Assembly: GCA_951406725.2 (NCBI GenBank)
Contig: OX597827.1
Span: 66,154,001 to 66,218,000 of the forward strand
Origin: Octopus vulgaris
Taxonomy: Eukaryota
Length of the DNA stretch: 64,000 bases
Reading direction: 5' to 3'
The notes beneath the pieces were generated by a model, which saw only the letters and a program-made list of their open reading frames with translations, ran no database searches and was not told the DNA's origin. A program made the position numbers and the translations under genes. Below, piece after piece: positions 55,879-64,000 of the stretch. Numbering within the stretch: the stretch's first letter is position 1; every line of letters begins with the position of its first letter.

Positions 55879-56384
55879 GTTGCATATTAGTGAACTAAAT
55901 CTCCTGTCTGAGAACAACTATTTTGGCTTCTCCCAGTAAACACAGAGGCATTTAAAACGATCATGGATGCCGTTTGTTCTTTCCTGAATAAACCATGTAT
56001 TGTAGCTCGGAGTTGATTACTGTAATAAACATATCTCAACGGAGCCATGAATGGTGCCAGCTTCATTATTCAATTAGTTCTATTGAGCATAAAATGCGAT
56101 ATTTCTCACCGCTTAAACGTCTATGTAATGACAATGAGTCACCGCAGTTCATTAATCTGTTCAACACGGAAAAATCTAAAGAGGAAAACATTAATATTTC
56201 GCACTTCTAACTTATACAGAATTCCACAAAACAAAAATTAAATTAAAAATGTAATATATATTGGGACATAAATGTCATGATACAAAAATATTCACACCTC
56301 ATTTAGCAACAGCTTAATAAACTGGGAACCGATACTGACTGCTTGATCTAGCTTAGTAAAGGAGATACGAAAAGTTGTAACCCT

Positions 56385-56593
56385 TATTACTTGAGGGACA
56401 AGGGCTCAAAACTGTTGGGATCGGAGACTAGTAAATTACATCGACCCTTGTGTTTCACTGGTACTTAATTTATCGATGCCTATGGGATGAAAGGCAAAGT
56501 CGACCTCGGCGGAATTTGAACTCGGAACATGAAGACGGACGTCAAAGCACTAAATATTTTACCTGACGTGCTTTAGCTCCACCAGCCCGCCAC
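56385..56593 (-). mobile_element. Older family-A SINE
   Basis: ctggtacttaatttatcga...gatgaaaggcaaagtcgacctcggcggaatttgaactc. Confidence 0.8.
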
Positions 56594-57097
56594 ATTTGAT
56601 ATGAAAAGTAATAATAAATGCAGAAACACGAAAATGCACACGCACCGTGTATTTGTGACTGTTTGTGCGTGTGTGTTTTGGGGGTGTATGTCTGCGTGTA
56701 TGTGCGCGTGTGAAAGTCTGTGTATGTGTTTGCAAGTTAGTGTATGTCTATGTAGGTGTCCATGTCCAAAAAACTGATATTCACACATAGACTATCGTAA
56801 GGTATGCTATGATTTTTAGCACTCTCAAATACCACTTGTTAATATAGTATATCGGATGTTTAAAATCTAACGTATAGGCCTCATTGCGAATTGCTATACG
56901 TATCTTATAGTTTACTCTAAGTAATAAAAATTACTTTAGAATTACATATTCCACTGAATCAAAGAGTAATTTTTACACCGAATCTCTGTATTTGAAATAC
57001 TAGGAACTAGGTTTTGTTCAAAGAAAGAGTGAACATAAACATGATAGTATCAGTGAAGATAACAGAAATTTCTATCAGTGAAAATAACAGTATTTTT

Positions 57098-57300
57098 ACA
57101 AAGGTGTACTTGCATAGCAAGTAATCTGATCTGAGATCGTATGCTGGAACGAAAACAATTGCAGCGTGGAAGGTGTTTATAAGCGATTTAAGAAACACAC
57201 AAAAACCGTTATATTCACTTCAACATTTAAATTTAATTTGCCAATATATTTCGTCGCTTTGAGACCTCGACCTGTTTACTGACAAAATTCCGTGCTGCTG
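57098..57300 (-). mobile_element. About 200-bp insert in a degenerate about 26-bp tandem repeat; possible Penelope-like terminus
   Basis: Flanked by taacagtattttt at 57085-57097 and 57301-57313; both flanks repeat atcagtgaa..taacag.aatttct. Confidence 0.5.
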
Positions 57301-58679
57301 TAACAGTATTTTTTATCAGTAAAAATTGGAATAATTTTGCATCAATGATAATCACTGTAATTTCTAACAATAGTCTCTGTATCAGTGGAAGTAACAATAA
57401 TTTCTATTCAGTGCATATTGAAGCAGTTATTTAAAAATCATTAGGTGTTATCTGAATTATATTAGAGGATGGATCATTAATGCGGCACATCTATTCGGGA
57501 TTTTGTTTGGTGTGGAGAAGTTGTTACACACTAGTTTCCAAATCGATTACACAGCATTATTTAAAATCGCAGCCGTTAAAATATGTAGCTCATCTATGCC
57601 TGCTCTACCACGTTCTGAGCATACGATGCAAAAGCTGATGATCTTCCTCAAAAAGCTGCATCGAATCTCTGCAAATGTGGTTTGATGTACAATTGCTTTT
57701 AGTATTTGACTCCATTTTGAATGAGACACACCGGCGCCTAAGCATGTATTATACTCAGAGGATAACATTAAAGAAACAAAATCGTGAACTACACATCAGT
57801 TTATAGCCTGTGTGTCTATAGCATTTTCACGCCTACCCGATAAATTAAGCGAACTTTAGTTTCGCTAAAATATTTTTTTGAAATATTTCCAAAAACAAAT
57901 TTTTGGCAATTACCAATGAAGAAACAAATTCACTCTTATAGTATAAAGTGTAAAAACACCATATATTAGAGCTAGTAATGTAGTAACTGGAAATCTGACA
58001 GGGAGTAGCACTGGATAGCTATGGTGATTCTACACCTTTTAGCATAATTGAGAAATTTTCTTCACAGTAATCGCAGTGAATTTGCCATTAGAATTTCAAA
58101 TAAGTAACAAGCATATTTTAAATAACCCAAAGCTCGTTTATACCTAAACACGCACACTCACAAGTAAAATCTGTAGACATACTCTAAATGAGTAGTTTGA
58201 TTTATCACTTAAGTTTCACCTTCCGTGATTTCGAGGAAATTAAGCCATCGCCATGTACATCTATAATAAATATGTTATATTCTTTCATGTTCTAAGTTAG
58301 TATAGAGTTCTATATCTAAGTCAGACTTTACGACTGTAATGTACGAGCCTACGCAAGAATATAAACATGTGTATGCATGTGTATGTTTGTGTATAAGTGA
58401 GTGTGGATATATATAATACATCTGTGTGTGTGTGAGTGTGTGTGGGAACTTGTGTGTGCATTGCATACATTCGATATAAACATTTATCATTGTTACAAAA
58501 TAAAATAAATATATAAAGGCCATAACAATTTGAAAAACACATATTCGCATACAGTGGAAGAAGAACAAACACAAAAAGAATAAAATTAAATTAAAACTAT
58601 TCATACTTGATATCAACAAAATTGTATTTACAGAACTTATATATACATACATATATATATGTATATACACATAAATACA

Positions 58680-58761
<82 letters not shown>

Positions 58762-59539
58762 TGGATGTATTTATACATTTGTATATATATATACATACAA
58801 ATATATGTTGTTAATATTAATTATTATTACTACCGGTATTGCTATTATTATTATTATTATTATGATAAAATCTGTACACATCTACACACACACACACACA
58901 GAGAAATACATAGTCAAGCACTCATGCACAGGGACACAGACACACAAATACAAGTGTGCAGGAACACATATGGCTATATATATCTGTATATATATATATA
59001 GAGAGAGATATATATAGAGATATACACTCACACACACGCACGCATTATATATATATATATTATACATAAGTACGTGTGAGCGTATGTTTGTGAGTATGCA
59101 TATGCGCGTGTATGCATGTGCACGTATGTGTGTATTGGTGCAAGTATGTATCCACACGTCTGTGTGCATTCAGACTACATATTTCTCGTTATCAGAAAAC
59201 AAATATAAATAATCTACAACGAAAATATAATTACAACCAAAATAATAAAATAAAATAAAATATATTTCAAATACGATAATATGATGGTAGTTAAAATGCA
59301 ATATAACTAAGTTATATAACGTAAAATGGAAATTGTCCATGTTTACTTAGAATGGATTTAGAAAACGATATGATTTTTATAGATGTAGCGATGGGAGATA
59401 ATATTGTTTTTCGACTTGATTGTTCAGCCAAAGCAAATATCTTTTACAATTATTATCGGCGAAACAATTCGCCGTTATTAAAACGAATGATAAGTGAAAC
59501 CACATATTGAACGATATGTATGTGCTTGTATGTGTATAC

Positions 59540-59854
<315 letters not shown>

Positions 59855-61119
59855 GTGGTACGTGTGTGAAATAGAGAAAACTCTTTTTGGTTGTTTTATA
59901 GACACAAATGTTGAAACAGACAACCCAGAAGATCAAGAATTCTTGAGAGAGTGTGAAAAGGAGAAAGCGGGTGAGAGAGAAAGAGAGGCAGGGGAAAACA
60001 AAGTGAGAAAGGAATAGAAGTGTATGAATAAAGAATAAGATACGGGGGAAGGTGAGGAGTATATTTTGGTTGCCAGCTCTATACACTTTGAGATACATTA
60101 ATAGTGAGAAACAGAATGAACAACCAAGTGGAGCAAAGTAAAGGAGCGACAGGGAAGATTACAATGTTAATAATGTATGTAGAGACACAAGAGGATGAAT
60201 GAGACGTAGAAAGAACAAATACGAGTAAGAGCAGGGATATGGAAGGAAATGTCGTTGAAAAAGAAAAGGGGTAAGAGAAAAATGTGTACGTAGAGTTAGA
60301 AAGAGGGGTGAAGGTACCAAATATAGAATGAGCGAATATAGGTTTAATCGGAGTACACAGATGAGAAAAACGTCATAAAGTGAGGATAGAGAGAGAAGTG
60401 AACGAGGGAAGAGAGAATTAGAGGAGAGATTGGCCAAGAAAAAATATTGAGTCTCCTGTATATGTCTCGTATATTTTCCCTTACCTATGAGAATAAAACT
60501 GACCTCAAGAGGACGAATATCTGAGGCACCAGAACTAACAGTACAATGCTCTTTTTCAGCGCTCTCAGTAATCTCCCAGTGTACCATTTCTTTGTAATAT
60601 GAGGACAGGAATTGTCAGCCGAACAAAGACTGGGTCATATCGACCACAATATTTCACAATAAGATACTTATATCTACCCTGAAAGAAATAACGCGATAAT
60701 ATTTCGACCTCAGATGCTAAAGATTATTACAAAGAGCAACAAAGTATTTCATTGGTTATATTACGGATTCCGCCGCTCACTAACTTTCGATCTAAAAGAC
60801 AGAGCTGCTTTTAATACATAATTCGAAGCTATTCTCCTTATGCGATAGCATTGCAAGCCAGAAAAAAGTTAATACACTATCTATAAATACTGCGAGCTTG
60901 CGGATCTCTTTTTGTGTCACATTACACAAACAAGCAGCATTGATATCACTTCTGTGTTGATCTCCTTGACCCTGGCTCTGAAGTATATTGCATTTGTTAA
61001 CACTATAGCTTGCTCGTTTAAAAACCGCATTCATTAAATGTGTCGTATTGATAATGCTCATTTCACAATAGAGATGCCGTTAATGTATATTATATAAAAT
61101 CCGTTCTTAATGTGTGGGC

Positions 61120-61290
61120 GTGTGTCTTCTAGGATCTCGAGCATCTTCCATTCGATTGAGCTCAAAGTTGATATGTAGATACCGACGGTATCAGGACGTG
61201 TATAAGTCTTCCAAAAATCGATGCCAGGTGAGATTGCGATTGATAAAGCCGTGGGAACGTGCATTTGTACGCGTCAGTACACCAGCTGCT
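61120..61290 (-). pseudogene. Possible decayed CR1/L2/jockey-type LINE post-RT fragment
   Basis: Minus-strand HGFINRNLT...LYTS resembles LGFIxRNF...LYTSLVRPxLEY. Confidence 0.35.
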
Positions 61291-62399
61291 GCAATGTACT
61301 TACTGGTACTTTAAACTCTTTGGTTGCATATTTGTGTGAATAAAATCATTTTTCTTTGGAATAGAAAAAAGTCTATCTTTATTTCTTCTTTTGCTGGTGT
61401 CTCAAAGTTAGGTTAAACCAGTGTTTCCCAAAGGAGAGGCCTATGGGACGTTCGGAAAAGGTGTTTTGAGAAAATTTGGTTGAAATATTTGACAACTGAT
61501 GGCGTTTTGCTCGTATTTATATGAAATCATTTAACACACTTTGAATTTAAAAACTAGTCTTTCACTACGAGATGTTTACATATCTGCGTACTTCAGAAAA
61601 CAGCCATTCTTATGGTCACTCTTGTCAAAAATATTCAATTTCTATTGGTAGTGATTTCCGAAATACTCTCTTAACGAGCTACATAAAGCAAGCAAACTGC
61701 CTTCGCATCAGGTAAGATAACGATTTCTTTCATGCCCACAGCAATTAATGTATTTATCGTAGTAGTAATTGAATAGGTAAAAACCTGCTCATTGAGTATT
61801 CATCAGAAGTTAAAATAACGATGGATACTATCGTTGGCAAACCGACAACTTCGACCACACAATCATATTTTTATTCCTTGGAAATTACGTCCTCATAAAA
61901 ACCAGGCATTTTATAGCAGTGGCTTTAGCAACAACGTAGTAGAGGGAAGACAGAATCATATAACGATAACTACATAGGAATTGTATGTGCTGTATAACTG
62001 ATATATGCTTATGTGCATATATATGTATATGTATGTATGTATACATGTATATCTGAATGTATGTATCTATCTTTGTATAAATGCATATATGTATGTACAT
62101 ATGTATGTGTATATATGTATGTATATATGTATGTGTGTATATATGTATGTATAAAAATCAATAGACGAAATACCGCTGCATCGTAGCGTTTAATAGCACG
62201 TACATATTATGTGTGATGCTTCAAACACATTTGGAGAACTATAATTGTATATGCATAAGCTCTCTCGCACACACGAACGCACACTCAAACATATACATAT
62301 ACACATGCATATATATATATACACTTATATATGTATATATATATGTTTCTATATCTATATATGTGTACATATATATACAGATATATATATGAGTGTGTG

Positions 62400-62438
<39 letters not shown>

Positions 62439-62444
62439 ATATAA

Positions 62445-62538
<94 letters not shown>

Positions 62539-62717
62539 TCTAAATCACCATGTGTATGATACCCTCCTTTTACGAAAATTGAGATTAAAATTACTGGTGC
62601 GTTGAATTCATACTATCAGACAGCAATTATTTTCCAAACCATATTTATGGAAAAGAAAAAAAAATTACAATGAAGTACAAAAATATACTGTTTTAGATTC
62701 TCTTCTTTTTCATTACG

Positions 62718-62748
<31 letters not shown>

Positions 62749-63127
62749 TCACCATCACATAGCATGAAAAACTACAATATTAATTTATATCATATGTGTA
62801 ATACTTCATGCTAAAAATTGAGTTAAGGTATTTTATGAACGATTAGGTCCAAAATTTGAATGCTATACATAGTCGAGTTTAATACATACGTCTCGTCACT
62901 GTATGTGAGTTTGTTGCTCGTGGTCCACGGATCATTAATTAAAACTCTATGTATACTGCGTCTGGTGAAATGAAGAGAGAATCATACTTCTACTGGAGAC
63001 CTGGTTCCGTGTGACATACGCAATGCACAGTGTTGTGCCACACAACATATTTTTCGACCATAAACACAAACATTACATCACATGCCGCTGAAATATTCTA
63101 CCTTAAAAAATTTCGTAAGATGATCTA

Positions 63128-63171
<44 letters not shown>

Positions 63172-63233
63172 ACACACACATGCGGGTGTGTATTTGTATA
63201 TGTTTGTGCGCGCTCTTGTATATATAAAGTGGT

Positions 63234-63589
63234 GCTCCGTCGGTTATGACGATGAGTGTTCCAACTGATCCCAACGACGGAACAGCCTGCTCGTGAAATT
63301 AACGTGCAAGTGACTGAGGGCTCCACTGATATGTGTCTCCTTGACGTAGTTGATTCAGCGTGACACAGAATGTGACGAGGCTGCTCCTTTGAAATACAGG
63401 TACAACAGAAAGAGGAAGAACGACTGAGAGAAAGTTGTGGCGAAAGAGTAAAGCAGGATTCCTCACTTCCCCCTGCCGGTGCAAAGTGGAGCTTCAGGTG
63501 TTTCCGCTAAATAAACACTCACAACACAACCGGTCTGGGAATCGAAACCGCGAATCTGCTGCTCTAATCCCTGTGCCATTGCACTTTCA
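63234..63589 (-). mobile_element. C-group SINE, same type as 9107
   Basis: ctccgtcggttatgacgatga...cagcctgctcgtgaaattaacgtg...ggtctgggaatcgaaaccgcg is the reverse complement of the 9107 copy. Confidence 0.88.
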
Positions 63590-63591
63590 CC

Positions 63592-63702
<111 letters not shown>

Positions 63703-64000
63703 GACACACACAAAGTACGGGGTTTAGTTCACAGGTGATCTAAACGATTAGGTACTCTAGGTATGTGCTGTAACGGATTACTAGGGGTCCAAGGTTATAG
63801 CCGAGACGGTAGTTATGGAGCCATTGCAGATTTCCAATGCAACGGATATATAATTCTTAAACAGGATGTTAAACATTAAGGCAAGGGAAGCATCTCAAGT
63901 CATATACAATATTATTACAAGAAGAATTCAACATATTACAGCTGTTTCTGAGATATCCCCGAGTATGGGCTATTCCGTCATCAGAGACAAATTGGGGAAA

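Noticed and set aside
55699-55917. GC-rich multi-hairpin segment as a novel structured ncRNA, or the minus-strand 72-aa ORF
   Set aside because: The plus frame is a clear RTE LINE C-terminus, which explains the composition; the hairpins are incidental.
57000-57420. CRISPR-like repeat-spacer array (also 228-279 and 2099-2134)
   Set aside because: Units are degenerate or directly adjacent without unique equal-length spacers; the context is eukaryotic with no cas genes.

Overview
This is AT-rich, repeat-saturated eukaryotic non-coding DNA, either intergenic or part of a very large intron. The dense (TA)n/(CA)n/(CTAT)n tracts and the tRNA-headed SINE families match what I recognise from octopus-type cephalopod genomes (inference, not a database result). 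No intact host protein-coding exon could be supported, and nearly all listed ORFs are microsatellite or SINE translations. Supported content: (1) many tRNA-derived SINE copies (labelled families A, B and C-group here), several with clear target-site duplications; (2) a decayed mariner transposase with an inverted partial copy beside it; (3) a decayed Tigger/pogo element; (4) a non-autonomous Helitron; (5) an RTE LINE C-terminal fragment and a Penelope GIY-YIG fragment; (6) several very old hAT and LINE fossils. The most interesting signals are fold-back inserts in (TA)n tracts, one carrying a minimal hammerhead ribozyme on both strands (Penelope pLTR-like). Also notable are SINE concatemers that restart at a fixed internal point and were inserted as single units, and mix-and-match exchange of SINE head/body/tail modules. 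Coordinates were read by eye and may be off by a few bases.
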